In this document: piece by piece, positions 33,015-43,191 of the stretch
How the letters are laid out: every line of letters starts with the position of its first letter
How positions within the stretch are numbered: the stretch's first letter is position 1
NCBI GenBank assembly: GCA_963717145.1
Contig: OY970325.1
Span: 960,001 to 1,024,000 of the forward strand
Source: an uncultured Armatimonadetes bacterium
GTDB lineage: Bacteria; Armatimonadota; UBA5829; DTJY01
DNA length: 64,000 bases
Direction of reading: 5' to 3'
Notes under the pieces: generated by a model
What the model was told of the DNA's origin: nothing
Database searches by the model: none
What the model saw: the letters and a program-made list of their open reading frames with translations, nothing else
Translations under genes and position numbers: made by a program

Positions 33015-35677
33015 TCCTGCTCTTCCTCCAGAGTGAACTCGATGGTGGCTATCTTCCTCGCGAGCACGTCGAGCTTGACCACGCCGTCCGCATCCATCAG
33101 CAACTCACGGCCGGGTTCTTCGTTAAGGTTCGTCGTCCTGGCGGAGATCGTCCCCTGCGTCTTTATGCAGGCGTCGTGGACCTGCTTATCGCGGATGTTG
33201 AAGAACCTGACGATGATTGAGTCGCGGTCCTCGGCCTTCTTGATGGCGGTCACCACCAACTCAGACGGCGTCACCTGAAGGAAGCTCATCTGCATGGGGA
33301 GATCGCCGCCGTGTGCTCCCGTCTGAACGCAGCACATCGGCACGTCATGCTGATGTGCCTGCTGCCAGACGCGCGCTTTGAGCCAGTCGCCGGCATGAGG
33401 CAGAATCGCGTACTCGAACCGGTGCAGACCGAGCCACTGGGCGCCGGGAGTGAGCTTCGCTCCGGGCGCGTCCGATCCGCCGCTGAGCCTACCGACGCTC
33501 CTCTGGAGAGTCAGTGCCACGGTCCGATCGGCGTCGTCATAGACCTCGTACTCGGGCAGTCCCTTGTTGATGATGGTCAGCCCGCGATCGCCATCAGTCA
33601 CGTTAACCCATGTGCGCTGGGGATAATATGGCGCGGCATTCACCCAGTCCTGAGGCGGACGAACGGGCCGCGTCAGGACATCGAACTGGCCCTCTGCGTG
33701 GGAGACATCGGTGGAGATGCCACTGGGGAAGCACACCCTCAGCCGGTGGTCCTTCGCGTGATTCTCGAACTCGGTGATGCAATCGATCCTCGGTGATCCG
33801 ACGCTGATCGTGAACGACGTGGCGTATGGGCAGTCCACCATTTCGCCGGACCGAGCGGCGCCGTCGGGAGTGGCCGCCGCAGGGAGGCGCATCACGCCTT
33901 CGATCCTGAGAGTCGCCGAAACGGGATTCGATGCCATAACCGTCACCTTTTGCTTCGTGCCCGCGGTACTGATGATCTCATCATTGGCGGGCTTGCGGTA
34001 CAGGTACTCATCGCCGACATCTCCACCGTCTTCGAGAACGCCGACCTCGACGAACTCACCGCTCTCGGACGCCGCGAGACTGCGAACCGTGATTCCGCCG
34101 CCGACCGCCCGCATCTCGATGATGCCGTTGGAAACGTAGCCGTCGCCGACAACCAGATCCGAGGCCGTCCCGGTGAAGTCAGGCTGAGCCGCAACCGTCT
34201 GGATCGAATACGCCTTGTACCCGCATGATGGGACATTCTCCGCGATGAACTCGACCTCGAAGCGCCGAACCATCATCGCCAGCGGCAGTTCGATGGGCGA
34301 GAGGACCTGCTTGACCGCGAGCGACTGCTCGACGAGATAGTAGGGCACGACACCTCCATCCGCATCTCGAAGCTCGATGGCGCTTACGTCCCTCGCGGGA
34401 TCGACCTCCGGTTTGCCGCGGACAGCATCACCGACCGGAATGTCGATCGTCGCCCTGACCCCATCCGTTCGCGCCCAGTTCAGCGGATTGAACACGACGA
34501 GAGCATCGTTGCCGGGATCGTCAGGTTTGGCGGTCTCGATCATGCCGGCGATATAGGCCAGACCTCGATTCGTGAACTCCTCTCCGAGCTGCTGGACCTG
34601 ATGGAATCGGGGCACCATCTCGTCATGGACCTGATCGAGGCTGCACCCGCAGATAGAGTCGTGCGGATGGTTCTGCATCAGGAGCTTCCATGCGTAGGTC
34701 AGGAAGTCGGAGGGATACTCTCGGCCGAGCATCCACGCGAATGTCGACGCGGGCTCGGCATACTTCTCGAGCTGGTTCTCGGTCTCGTGGTTCGCCTGCT
34801 TCAAGCACATCCGGCTCGACAGAGTGCCTGCGAGTACCGAGCCGCCTCGGTCCTCGCGCAACTCGCCCTTCACTATCTTCAGCTCCGTCTTTTCCCTCCG
34901 GAGGTCCTGCTTGACGGCCTCGATGTAGGCGGGAAGCGTACTGTGGATGAGCCGATCGCCGTGCAGCTTCTTGTTCGCTCTCTTGAGGATATCCGGCAAC
35001 CCCGCCTGTGCCTCCAGATGATCGACACCATTCATCAGCAGCAACTCGGTCGTGGCGACGAGCGGCGACATGCGATCGCGGATCGCCTCCGCGTATTCCA
35101 CTGCCTTGTCGGTATCCGACGGGAACCACTGGGCGTTGTTGTACCAGAACGCCATCAGGGACGCCAGCACCCGGCTTCCATCCGGCGACTCCCAGTGGAA
35201 CTCCATCCTCCGGTCGTCAACGAGTTGAAGGCCGCGGCCGAAGATCGCGTTGTCGATCCCGAACCCGCGGAATATCTGCGGCATCTGGGAGATGTTGCCG
35301 AACTGATCGGGGATGTATCCGACCTTCATCGGCGTCCCGAACGTCTCGGAGAGCCGGTGGCCGATCAGGAGACTCCGTATCGTCGATTCGCCGCTGACCA
35401 GGTATTCGTCATTGAGCTGATACCATGGGCCGATGAGTATGCGTCCCTCGTGGATGTACTTCTTGAGCTTGTGCTCGTTCTGCGGGCGGATCTGGAGATA
35501 GTCCTCGAGGACGATCGTCTGGCCGTCGAAGTTGAAATGCTTGAAATCGGGATCGGTGTCGAGTATCTCGAGCAGGTGGTCGATCAGATCGACCAGCCTG
35601 AGCCTGAACTGCTGGAACGTGAGATACCACTCGCGGTCCCAGTGAGTGTGCGAAACCACATGCATCGTATAAGGCAT
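33011..35677 (-). CDS. GH38 alpha-mannosidase
   Basis: HTHWDREWY, FDGQ, DQFG, NGVDH, HDSICGCS. Confidence 0.95.
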   Translation of the reverse strand: MPYTMHVVSHTHWDREWYLTFQQFRLRLVDLIDHLLEILDTDPDFKHFNFDGQTIVLEDYLQIRPQNEHKLKKYIHEGRILIGPWYQLNDEYLVSGESTIRSLLIGHRLSETFGTPMKVGYIPDQFGNISQMPQIFRGFGIDNAIFGRGLQLVDDRRMEFHWESPDGSRVLASLMAFWYNNAQWFPSDTDKAVEYAEAIRDRMSPLVATTELLLMNGVDHLEAQAGLPDILKRANKKLHGDRLIHSTLPAYIEAVKQDLRREKTELKIVKGELREDRGGSVLAGTLSSRMCLKQANHETENQLEKYAEPASTFAWMLGREYPSDFLTYAWKLLMQNHPHDSICGCSLDQVHDEMVPRFHQVQQLGEEFTNRGLAYIAGMIETAKPDDPGNDALVVFNPLNWARTDGVRATIDIPVGDAVRGKPEVDPARDVSAIELRDADGGVVPYYLVEQSLAVKQVLSPIELPLAMMVRRFEVEFIAENVPSCGYKAYSIQTVAAQPDFTGTASDLVVGDGYVSNGIIEMRAVGGGITVRSLAASESGEFVEVGVLEDGGDVGDEYLYRKPANDEIISTAGTKQKVTVMASNPVSATLRIEGVMRLPAAATPDGAARSGEMVDCPYATSFTISVGSPRIDCITEFENHAKDHRLRVCFPSGISTDVSHAEGQFDVLTRPVRPPQDWVNAAPYYPQRTWVNVTDGDRGLTIINKGLPEYEVYDDADRTVALTLQRSVGRLSGGSDAPGAKLTPGAQWLGLHRFEYAILPHAGDWLKARVWQQAHQHDVPMCCVQTGAHGGDLPMQMSFLQVTPSELVVTAIKKAEDRDSIIVRFFNIRDKQVHDACIKTQGTISARTTNLNEEPGRELLMDADGVVKLDVLARKIATIEFTLEEEQE

Positions 35678-35865
35678 CGAATCCTCCGGTTGTCAGCGTA
35701 TTGTGTCGCCCGTGTCGATACACCGGAACCGGTATACCCGCATATGCGTTTCCGCGCTCAGCGACTTCGCCAGCCGATTGAGCATATGTTCGACGAACCG
35801 ACCTGTCCTTCCTGTCAAGATTACCGGATTCCTGGCGTCTGCACTATCGGCACTTGATATAAAGC

Positions 35866-35894
35866 TTGACAAGATGTGAACGCGATGATATACT
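35866..35894 (+). promoter_or_regulatory. Sigma70 promoter
   Basis: TTGACA-17-TATACT with extended TG. Confidence 0.8.
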
Positions 35895-35990
35895 TATGAC
35901 GGAATGGCGATCAGCCTATGTTGCGCTCGGTCGACACAGCGCCGAGTCTCACGCGGCCTCACTGTCTTCCTGCGCAGGGGGTGAAACCAC

Positions 35991-36248
35991 ATGGACAACG
36001 ATACGTTTCCTGGAAATGGCGACGGAGCCACCATTACTCTGACTAAGCGCGAGATCGAGGTCCTGCAGCTTGTGCTCGAGGGAAAGCCGAGCAAGGAAGT
36101 TGCTACGAATCTCTGCTGCAGCAAACGGACCGTCGATTTCCATCTGGCCCGTGTGTATGAGAAGCTTCAGGTGTCGAACAGGGTACAGGCCATGCGCCGC
36201 GCCACCCTCCTCGGCCTGCTTCCCATCAGTGGCGACGGAAACGGCTAG
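35991..36248 (+). CDS. Stand-alone LuxR/GerE HTH regulator
   Basis: LTKREIEVL...G...KEVA..L..SKRTVDFHL...KL.V.NR. Confidence 0.85.
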   Translation: MDNDTFPGNGDGATITLTKREIEVLQLVLEGKPSKEVATNLCCSKRTVDFHLARVYEKLQVSNRVQAMRRATLLGLLPISGDGNG

Positions 36249-36435
36249 CTGATCCGATCCCCAGCGTCCTCTTCTCTTTCTCCTCATCCCATCGAATCCT
36301 CTCGATAAGCATTGAAACGCTTGCCGTCATGGTGTTATGATATCGACGGAACGCACTGACACGCCCAACTGACCACGCCAAATGATCAGAAGCACGTTTC
36401 GTCACCGAGCGTTTGGGTGAATACTGGGGAAGGCT

Positions 36436-37086
36436 TTGAGCATCATGTCGCGAGATCGCTGGACGTCGCTGCTGACAGCGCTTGTCGGTGGGGCGGTACT
36501 TATCGGCCTGTTCTCATTTCAGAAAGCCGTACACGCGTACCCCGAGTACATCGTGACCAACGTGGCGGCGCTGTTGTGGCTCCCAGTGCTCACGATCATG
36601 CTCATACTGCGCCAGGAGCCTACGTCTTTTGGCTTCGGGCTCGGCGATTTCAGATGGGGAATGCGCCGTTCGGCCCTGCTGTTCGCCGTAGTGCTGCCGT
36701 TCCTCGTGTACGCATCACGGCAGCCTGCATTCCAGCAGTACTACCCGATGTGGGGGATTGCTGAACTGAGCTTATACTGGTTCGGGTACTACGAGCTGAC
36801 GTATGGAATGTACCTGTTTTGCTGGGAGTTCTTCTTTCGGGGATTCCTGCTCTTCGGGCTCTCGCGGTCACTCGGAATACTCAGCGTGTTTGTGCAGGCG
36901 GCTGCATTTGGTATCATGCACTTGGGGAAACCATATCCCGAAGTGCTTGCATCATTCGTGACGGGTATCGTGCTCGGCCTGGTCGCTTTACGGTCAAAGT
37001 CGTTTCTGCCGGCGTTTACGGTACACTGGGCGTCCGCAGCCCTGTTTGATATTCTCATCATTCTTGCCAAGCGCGGAGTCTTGTAG
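36436..37086 (+). CDS. CAAX/CPBP intramembrane protease
   Basis: WEFFFRG, FGIMH, VHW motifs. Confidence 0.85.
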   Translation: MSIMSRDRWTSLLTALVGGAVLIGLFSFQKAVHAYPEYIVTNVAALLWLPVLTIMLILRQEPTSFGFGLGDFRWGMRRSALLFAVVLPFLVYASRQPAFQQYYPMWGIAELSLYWFGYYELTYGMYLFCWEFFFRGFLLFGLSRSLGILSVFVQAAAFGIMHLGKPYPEVLASFVTGIVLGLVALRSKSFLPAFTVHWASAALFDILIILAKRGVL

Positions 37087-37118
37087 ACTGCACGCGACCC
37101 AAAATGGAGGTAATTCCC

Positions 37119-37478
37119 TTGCGCGTAGAAAAGATCAGACTCGAAGCAGCGATGCGGACTGAGGCGGGTGTGCCGGTCCTGGGCGTCGCGGGAGAGGTGG
37201 ACGTATTCACAGCCCCGGAGTTCAAGGCCGCTATCAGCGAGGCGATCGACTCCGGCATCGTGGACCTCGTCATAGATCTGACCAAGGTGAGCTACATGGA
37301 CAGCAGCGGGTTCGGTATACTGCTCAGCGCCACGAAGCGTGTGCGGCCGAAGGATGGCTCGATCAACCTGGTCGCCTGCAACGAGGCCATTGAGCGCATG
37401 ATGAAGATCACCCGGCTCGATACCGTATTCAACCTCTGCCGAACTGTCGATGAGGCCGCTGCTCGGATTCGGAAGTAG
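37119..37478 (+). CDS. STAS anti-anti-sigma factor (RsbV-like)
   Basis: GEVDVFTAPEF, YMDSSG, ITRLD. Confidence 0.9.
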   Translation: MRVEKIRLEAAMRTEAGVPVLGVAGEVDVFTAPEFKAAISEAIDSGIVDLVIDLTKVSYMDSSGFGILLSATKRVRPKDGSINLVACNEAIERMMKITRLDTVFNLCRTVDEAAARIRK

Positions 37479-37510
37479 GCAGGGAAGCAGGACGTTAGAT
37501 GGGCGAAGTC

Positions 37511-37593
37511 CCCTCTGCCGTAGTGGCCGTGCCTCCGTGCCGGCCATGCTACGTTGGAGGCCGGCACGGAGGCACGGCCACTACGGCAGAGGG
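37511..37593. repeat. GTAG-type REP palindrome, 35-bp arms
   Basis: 37511-37545 / 37559-37593 exact. Confidence 0.9.
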
Positions 37594-37618
37594 TCTAGCG
37601 TCTGAAGTCTGCCGTTCC

Positions 37619-38239
37619 CTAGTAGCTTCTCATCAGCCCGATGAGTTTGCCGAGCAATTGGGCATCTCGGTCGCGAAGAGGTATCGGCTCATAGGCGGAG
37701 TTGGCGGGGACCAACGTTGCGACTCCATCCTGCAATCTCAGCCGTTTGACAGTCGCCTCGTCGCCGATGAGCGCCGCCACCAGATCGCCGTCATCCGCAG
37801 TCTGTTGTGGGCGGATGATCACCACATCCCCCGGCAGGATGTGCGCCTCCACCATGCTGTCACCCCTCACCTTGAGTGCGAAAGCGCTCTCGGAGCTGCC
37901 CAGCATGGATCTGGGCACGAGCACCTCACCATCCCTGTTCTCGACTGCCAGCAAGGGAATCCCCGCGGCTATCGTACCGAGGATCGGAACGGCCATCAGT
38001 TCTCCGCGCGACGGGTCGGCGCTCGGCTGCAGGATCTTTATGCCGCGCGAGAGCCGGTCGCGTCTGATGAAGCCCTTTTTCTCGAGCGCATCCAGGTGGA
38101 CGGTGACCCCGCGCAGGCTCTTGATGTCGAACTCGGCCCCCATTTCGCGTATCGAAGGCGGGTAGCCGTTGTGGTTCACGTACTTGATGATGAACTCCAG
38201 GATGTGCCGCTGCCGTATCGTCAACGTCTTGCGCATCAT
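37619..38239 (-). CDS. lexA: LexA repressor
   Basis: GYPPSIRE, IAAG cleavage site, GDSM, ATVK. Confidence 0.95.
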   Translation of the reverse strand: MMRKTLTIRQRHILEFIIKYVNHNGYPPSIREMGAEFDIKSLRGVTVHLDALEKKGFIRRDRLSRGIKILQPSADPSRGELMAVPILGTIAAGIPLLAVENRDGEVLVPRSMLGSSESAFALKVRGDSMVEAHILPGDVVIIRPQQTADDGDLVAALIGDEATVKRLRLQDGVATLVPANSAYEPIPLRDRDAQLLGKLIGLMRSY

Positions 38240-38257
38240 TCACGCCCTCCTTGATCG

Positions 38258-38286
38258 AGTATATACCAGACCGATGTCTACGTCAA
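38258..38286 (-). promoter_or_regulatory. lexA sigma70 promoter
   Basis: TTGACG-17-TATACT on the minus strand. Confidence 0.75.
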
Positions 38287-38295
38287 GACAGCACG

Positions 38296-38324
38296 TTGAC
38301 CTGAGGCAGGCGGCCTGATAGAAT
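38296..38324 (+). promoter_or_regulatory. Divergent sigma70 promoter
   Basis: TTGACC-17-TAGAAT with extended TG. Confidence 0.7.
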
Positions 38325-38357
38325 GTGTCCTGTTCGATAGACCGCACGAATGTGCGC

Positions 38358-38418
38358 CTGGGATTGAAAGGGACGGCACCAGAGTGCCTCTGGGATTCAA
38401 AGGGACGGCACGAGAGTG
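38358..38418 (+). repeat. Tandem 29-bp direct repeat (period 32)
   Basis: CTGGGATTGAAAGGGACGGCACCAGAGTG / CTGGGATTCAAAGGGACGGCACGAGAGTG. Confidence 0.8.
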
Positions 38419-39744
38419 AGAGCCTACGTGAAGATGCCAATCCGGATTGTGGGGCTTCTGCTGGCAGTTCTGCTGCTTCACGGATGCGGTCGCCAGGCCG
38501 AGGAAACGCGGGGCGGGAAGATTGTGCTGACCGTCTGGCATCCCTGGGGCGGCGCTCAGGCCGAGGCATTCGAGGCCACGATGAAGGCGTTCGAAGACGC
38601 TCATCCGAACATCGAGGTGCGCCCGCTGTTCACCCCGAACGATCTGTCGAACAACCAGAAGTTCTTCACCTCGGTAGCCGCGAATCGGCCGCCGGATGTG
38701 GTATACGTGGATGGCCCGCAGGTGGCCGAGTGGGCCGAGCAGGGAGCGCTGACCCCGCTCGACAAGCAGTTGGCAGGGGACGGCATCAAGCCGGAGGACT
38801 ACTTCGCCCCGTGCTGGGAGCAGAATGAGTACGGTGGGCACGTTTGGGCACTGACGTACTGCGCCGATCCGAATTTTGCCTTCGTATGGAATAAGGCGCA
38901 CTTCCGTGAGGCCGGGCTCGACCCGGAGAAGCCTCCACAGACGATCGAGGAGTTGGACGCGTGTGTGCGGAAGCTCAACAAATGGCGAACTGTGGGGGCA
39001 AGTCACAGGCTGTCCAGGATCGGCATCATCCCATGGGCGCAGTACGGACCGGCCAACTCGATGTTCACCTGGGGATGGGCTTTCGGCGGCTCGTTCTACG
39101 ATCCCGCGACGCACAGGGTCAGCTCGGACGATCAGGGAGTCATCAAGGCGCTAACCTGGATGTGCAAGTACGCCAAGGAGTTCGACATCGAGAAGATCGA
39201 GGGCCTGGCAGCCGGATTCGGTACGGCTGAGCAGAACCCGTTGTATACCGGCAAGCTTTCGATGACCTGCCTGCACATCTCGGGCATCGAGGAGATCAAG
39301 AAGTACGCGCCGAAGCTCGACTATGGAATCGGGTACATCCCGGCCCCCTCGGACGGGGAGGCGCACAGCTCATGGGTCGGAGGATGGTGCATGGCGATCC
39401 CGAAGGGCTCCCGCCATGCGAAAGAGGCGTGGGAACTCATGCGATGGCTCTGCGCCGATCCGAAGGGCACGACGGTCGTCGGGAGCAACAGCGGGCTCTT
39501 CCCGGGATGGCGCAAGTCGCCCTACTTTGACGACGTTCGAGGAAAGCCGGGGTACGGCATGTTTCTCAAGATCCTGGAGGAATGCCGGCATCAGCGGCCG
39601 GTTATGCCTGCTCAGGCATTCTACATGGGAGCGCTCCAGAGAGCGGTTGACTCGGCGCTGTACGGCCGCAAGTCTCCAGAGCAGGCGCTCCGCGATGCGC
39701 GAACCGAGACCCAGCGTGAACTCGATCTGGTGATGGGTGACTAA
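38416..39744 (+). CDS. ABC sugar-binding lipoprotein
   Basis: Lipobox LLHGC, PPDV, WNKAHFREAGLD...PP.T, GGW.MAIPKGS. Confidence 0.9.
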   Translation: MRAYVKMPIRIVGLLLAVLLLHGCGRQAEETRGGKIVLTVWHPWGGAQAEAFEATMKAFEDAHPNIEVRPLFTPNDLSNNQKFFTSVAANRPPDVVYVDGPQVAEWAEQGALTPLDKQLAGDGIKPEDYFAPCWEQNEYGGHVWALTYCADPNFAFVWNKAHFREAGLDPEKPPQTIEELDACVRKLNKWRTVGASHRLSRIGIIPWAQYGPANSMFTWGWAFGGSFYDPATHRVSSDDQGVIKALTWMCKYAKEFDIEKIEGLAAGFGTAEQNPLYTGKLSMTCLHISGIEEIKKYAPKLDYGIGYIPAPSDGEAHSSWVGGWCMAIPKGSRHAKEAWELMRWLCADPKGTTVVGSNSGLFPGWRKSPYFDDVRGKPGYGMFLKILEECRHQRPVMPAQAFYMGALQRAVDSALYGRKSPEQALRDARTETQRELDLVMGD

Positions 39745-39755
39745 GAGGTGAAAAG

Positions 39756-39929
39756 GTGACTGAAGTTGATCCCAAGCTGCTGGAGATACTGGCGTGCCCG
39801 GCATGCGATGACCGGCCACACGTCGAGATGAAGGGAGACAATCTCCACTGCCCGAAGTGCAAGAGGTCGTACCCGATCCGCGACGGCATTCCCGTAATGC
39901 TCGTGGAAGAGGCCATCAAGGAGGACTAG
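39756..39929 (+). CDS. Trm112-like (UPF0434) protein, absent from the ORF track
   Basis: MTEVDPKLLEILACPAC...CPKCKRSYPIRDGIPVMLVEEA. Confidence 0.85.
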   Translation: MTEVDPKLLEILACPACDDRPHVEMKGDNLHCPKCKRSYPIRDGIPVMLVEEAIKED

Positions 39930-40376
39930 ATGATGCTCAAGATCCGATTGATCCACGGCCCCAACCTCAATATGCTCGGCGTCCGTGAACCGGACGTGTA
40001 CGGTTCCTTCAGCCTGGACGAGGTTGACACCCGGATCAAGGCCCATGCTGATGCGATCGGAGTCCAGGTGGAGATCAGCCAGTTCAACTCCGAGGGTGAT
40101 ATGATCGATGCGATACAGGCCGCCCGTGAATCGGCGGACGCCCTGGTCATCAATCCCGGTGCGTACACTCATTACAGCATCGCCGTTCGTGATGCGATTG
40201 CGGCGGCGGATATCCCGACGGTCGAGGTCCACCTGTCGAATATCCAGAGCCGGGAGCAGTTCCGCAAGGAATCCGTCATCGCCCCGGTGTGCGCCGGCCA
40301 GATCTCCGGATTCGGCGCATTCAGCTACACACTCGGTCTCGATGCGGCGAAACACCTGGCGCAGGAGAAGGGCTAA
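39930..40376 (+). CDS. aroQ: Type II 3-dehydroquinate dehydratase
   Basis: [33 protein letters not shown]. Confidence 0.95.
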   Translation: MMLKIRLIHGPNLNMLGVREPDVYGSFSLDEVDTRIKAHADAIGVQVEISQFNSEGDMIDAIQAARESADALVINPGAYTHYSIAVRDAIAAADIPTVEVHLSNIQSREQFRKESVIAPVCAGQISGFGAFSYTLGLDAAKHLAQEKG

Positions 40377-40379
40377 CCG

Positions 40380-41441
40380 ATGCACGGCCGGCTGGCGAAA
40401 CTGAGAGACGAGATGGCGTCCAGGGATCTGGACGCGTTTCTGGTGACCGACCCCGTGAACGTGCGCTACCTGAGTGGCTTTACAGGATCATACGCGGTTC
40501 TCGTGGCCACCTGCGACAGCGCGTGCCTTCTCACCGATTCGCGCTATGTCGAGCAGGCGAGCCATGAAACATACGGCTGTACCGTCGAGCAGATCGACCT
40601 CGGGTACGTGCCCGGAGTGGCCGACTTGTTCCAGCGGCTCCACTCGGGGGTAATCGGCTTCGAGGAATCCTCGATGACATACGCCGAGTGGCGCGAACTC
40701 GACGAGGGAATCGGCGAGGTAGAGTTGATTCCGGTCGAGAATCTCATAGCCAAGCTTCGCATGATCAAGGACGCCGATGAGATCTCAGCCATTCGGAGGG
40801 CCGCGCAACTCGCCGACGAGACGTTCGCACACGTTTCCGATATCATCCGCCCGGGAATGACCGAACGCGAGGTGGCCCTGGAGATCGACATCTTCATGCG
40901 GAAGCACGGCGCGGAAGAAGCTGCCTTCGAGACCCTGGTGGCCGAGGGCGACAGATCAGCGCTCCCACATGCCAAGCCGACAGACCGCCGGATCCGTGAG
41001 CAGGAGTTTGTCGTTCTGGACTTCGGCGCTCGCGTGGACGGCTACCATTCCGACATCACCCGCACGCTGCTCTTCGGAAGCCCTGACGAGAAGAGACGCC
41101 GAGTATACGATATTGTCCTCGAGGCGCAACGGCGTGCCATCGCGGCGATAAGGCCCGGAGTCCAGGGATTCCGGGTCGATGCGATCGCCCGGGACTACAT
41201 CGCCGAGCAGGGATACGCAGAGTACTTCGGTCACGGGCTCGGCCATGGACTCGGGCTCGAGATACACGATGGTCGCATACTCACCAAGGCGAGCGAGATC
41301 GTGCTCCGGCCCGGCATGGTAGTGACCGTCGAGCCGGGCATTTACATACCGGGATGGGGTGGGGTACGCATCGAGGACGATGTGCTGATCACCGACTCGG
41401 GATGCGAGGTGCTCGCTCATTCGCCTCGCGCGCTTTCGTAG
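40380..41441 (+). CDS. Xaa-Pro aminopeptidase (M24)
   Basis: NVRYLSGF, SDITRT, HGLGHGLG, EPGIY, GVRIEDD. Confidence 0.95.
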   Translation: MHGRLAKLRDEMASRDLDAFLVTDPVNVRYLSGFTGSYAVLVATCDSACLLTDSRYVEQASHETYGCTVEQIDLGYVPGVADLFQRLHSGVIGFEESSMTYAEWRELDEGIGEVELIPVENLIAKLRMIKDADEISAIRRAAQLADETFAHVSDIIRPGMTEREVALEIDIFMRKHGAEEAAFETLVAEGDRSALPHAKPTDRRIREQEFVVLDFGARVDGYHSDITRTLLFGSPDEKRRRVYDIVLEAQRRAIAAIRPGVQGFRVDAIARDYIAEQGYAEYFGHGLGHGLGLEIHDGRILTKASEIVLRPGMVVTVEPGIYIPGWGGVRIEDDVLITDSGCEVLAHSPRALS

Positions 41442-41507
41442 GGGCGAAGCATTGGCTGCAGGTGGCCGACAATGTCTCGTCTGCAGTAGCCAATGCTTCG
41501 CCCCTAC
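41438..41507. repeat. GTAG-type REP pair
   Basis: GTAGGGGCGAAGCATTGGCT / AGCCAATGCTTCGCCCCTAC. Degenerate sister at 52867-52931. Confidence 0.85.
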
Positions 41508-41525
41508 ACAGAGGGGATACTAACA

Positions 41526-41987
41526 TTGTATAACGTCATTCTGCTCCCGCTGGATGGGTCGCCGCTCTCGGAGAGAGCCCTCCCCGATGCCACAGCCATC
41601 GCTCGCAGGTTTGGCGCCAAGCTCGCCCTATTCGCGGTGGTCGAGTCGCATGACGTCTACTCGCAGCCCGGCGTCGTCGCCCCGATCGTGGGCGACCAGT
41701 CAAAGACCGACGAGGAGGTTGCCGAGGTCCGCACTTATCTGCTTGGTTTCGCCGACAAGCTTAGGGATGAGGGTCTGGACGTCATCGTGGAGGTTCGTCG
41801 AGGTGACCCCGCCACCGAGATATGTGACTATGCCAGGAAGATCAGTGCCGACCTCATCGTCATGTCGACACACGGACGCTCGGGGATCCGCAGGTGGGTC
41901 TATGGCAGCGTTGCAGACCGTATTCTTCGCAGCGCCAGTGTTCCGGTGCTGCTCGTGCGGGCCTTGACCGACGAGGAGTCCCAGTAG
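41526..41987 (+). CDS. Universal stress protein
   Basis: ILLPLDGS, VMSTHGRSG, GSVADRIL. Confidence 0.9.
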   Translation: MYNVILLPLDGSPLSERALPDATAIARRFGAKLALFAVVESHDVYSQPGVVAPIVGDQSKTDEEVAEVRTYLLGFADKLRDEGLDVIVEVRRGDPATEICDYARKISADLIVMSTHGRSGIRRWVYGSVADRILRSASVPVLLVRALTDEESQ

Positions 41988-42015
41988 AGCGTAAACACCC
42001 GGAGATGAGCCAGCC

Positions 42016-43191
42016 ATGGACCATGCAGCACTCGAACCCTCACGGATCATAATACAGATCGTCATCATCCTCTTTGCGGCGAAAGTCGTCGCCGAGATCG
42101 CGGTGCGCGGCGGCATGCCGGCGGTGCTCGGCGAGTTGCTGGCAGGAGTGATTCTTGGCGGCAGTCTGCTCGGTGTCATCAGACAGAATGAGGTGCTGAC
42201 AGTCCTGGCAGAGATCGGTGCGATCATCCTGCTCTTCGAGATCGGGCTGGAGAGCGACCTCGAGGAGTTTCTCAGGGTGGGCACATCCGCCTTCACCGTG
42301 GCTGTGATCGGCGTCATCGGCCCGTTTGCGGTCGGCTACGGGGTGGCCCTCGCTTTCGGATTGAACTCGATCACTGCGGTCTATATCGGCGCAACACTGA
42401 CGGCGACGAGTGTCGGAATCACGGCACGGACACTGGCGGATCTGGGCAGGCTTCATACAAACGAAGCGCGGATCATTCTCGGCGCCGCCGTGATCGACGA
42501 TGTGCTCGGTCTCATCATCCTTGCGGTTGTGTACGGCCTCGTGAAGACCAACTCGGTATCGTTCTGGGAGGTCAGCAAAATCACGATACTTGCAGTCGCG
42601 TTTCTGGCCGGAGCGATCGCCATCGGGATCCCTGTTGCGCCCCGTGTCATGAGTGTCGTGAAGAGGCTCCGAACGCGAGGTATACTGACCGTGAGCGCCG
42701 TCATCTTTTGCTTCGGGCTGGCATATATCGCGCACGAGCTGAGGCTGGCGACTATCGTGGGTGCATTCGCCGCCGGACTGGTGCTGGCAAAGACTGAAGA
42801 TCATGCTCACATTCAGGCGTGCATCAAGCCGGTCGCGGACATATTCATCCCCATCTTCTTTGTTATGCTCGGGGTGTCGGTTGACCTAGGCGCATTCAGC
42901 CCTGCGGGAGCCGAAGGTGGATCCCTTCTTCCGTTCACCGGTCTTCTCATCCTGGTCGCAGTGGTCATGAAGCTCTTTGCCGGCCTCGGAGTGCTGCGCC
43001 GAGGCGTCAAGAGGCTGACGGTCGGCATCGGGATGATACCGCGGGGCGAAGTCGGCCTCATATTCGCGAGCTTCGGCCTGACGAACCAGGTGATCAGTTC
43101 CGCTCTGTACTCCGCGATAGTGGCGGTGGTGTTCTTCACCACTTTCATCACCCCTCCTCTCCTCAAGTTGGCCTTCCGCAAGTCACAGTAG
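42016..43191 (+). CDS. Cation:proton antiporter (CPA2)
   Basis: TATSVGI, AAVIDD, GAF.AG, PRGEVGL. Confidence 0.9.
   Translation: MDHAALEPSRIIIQIVIILFAAKVVAEIAVRGGMPAVLGELLAGVILGGSLLGVIRQNEVLTVLAEIGAIILLFEIGLESDLEEFLRVGTSAFTVAVIGVIGPFAVGYGVALAFGLNSITAVYIGATLTATSVGITARTLADLGRLHTNEARIILGAAVIDDVLGLIILAVVYGLVKTNSVSFWEVSKITILAVAFLAGAIAIGIPVAPRVMSVVKRLRTRGILTVSAVIFCFGLAYIAHELRLATIVGAFAAGLVLAKTEDHAHIQACIKPVADIFIPIFFVMLGVSVDLGAFSPAGAEGGSLLPFTGLLILVAVVMKLFAGLGVLRRGVKRLTVGIGMIPRGEVGLIFASFGLTNQVISSALYSAIVAVVFFTTFITPPLLKLAFRKSQ

Noticed and set aside
35780-35791. GAAC-N4-GTTC-like SOS box (GAGC-ATAT-GTTC)
   Set aside because: One mismatch, lies upstream of a mannosidase, and no such box is found at lexA.
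38358-38418. CRISPR mini-array (GGGATTGAAAG resembles a repeat end)
   Set aside because: Only two units, the would-be spacers are nearly identical, and there are no cas genes.
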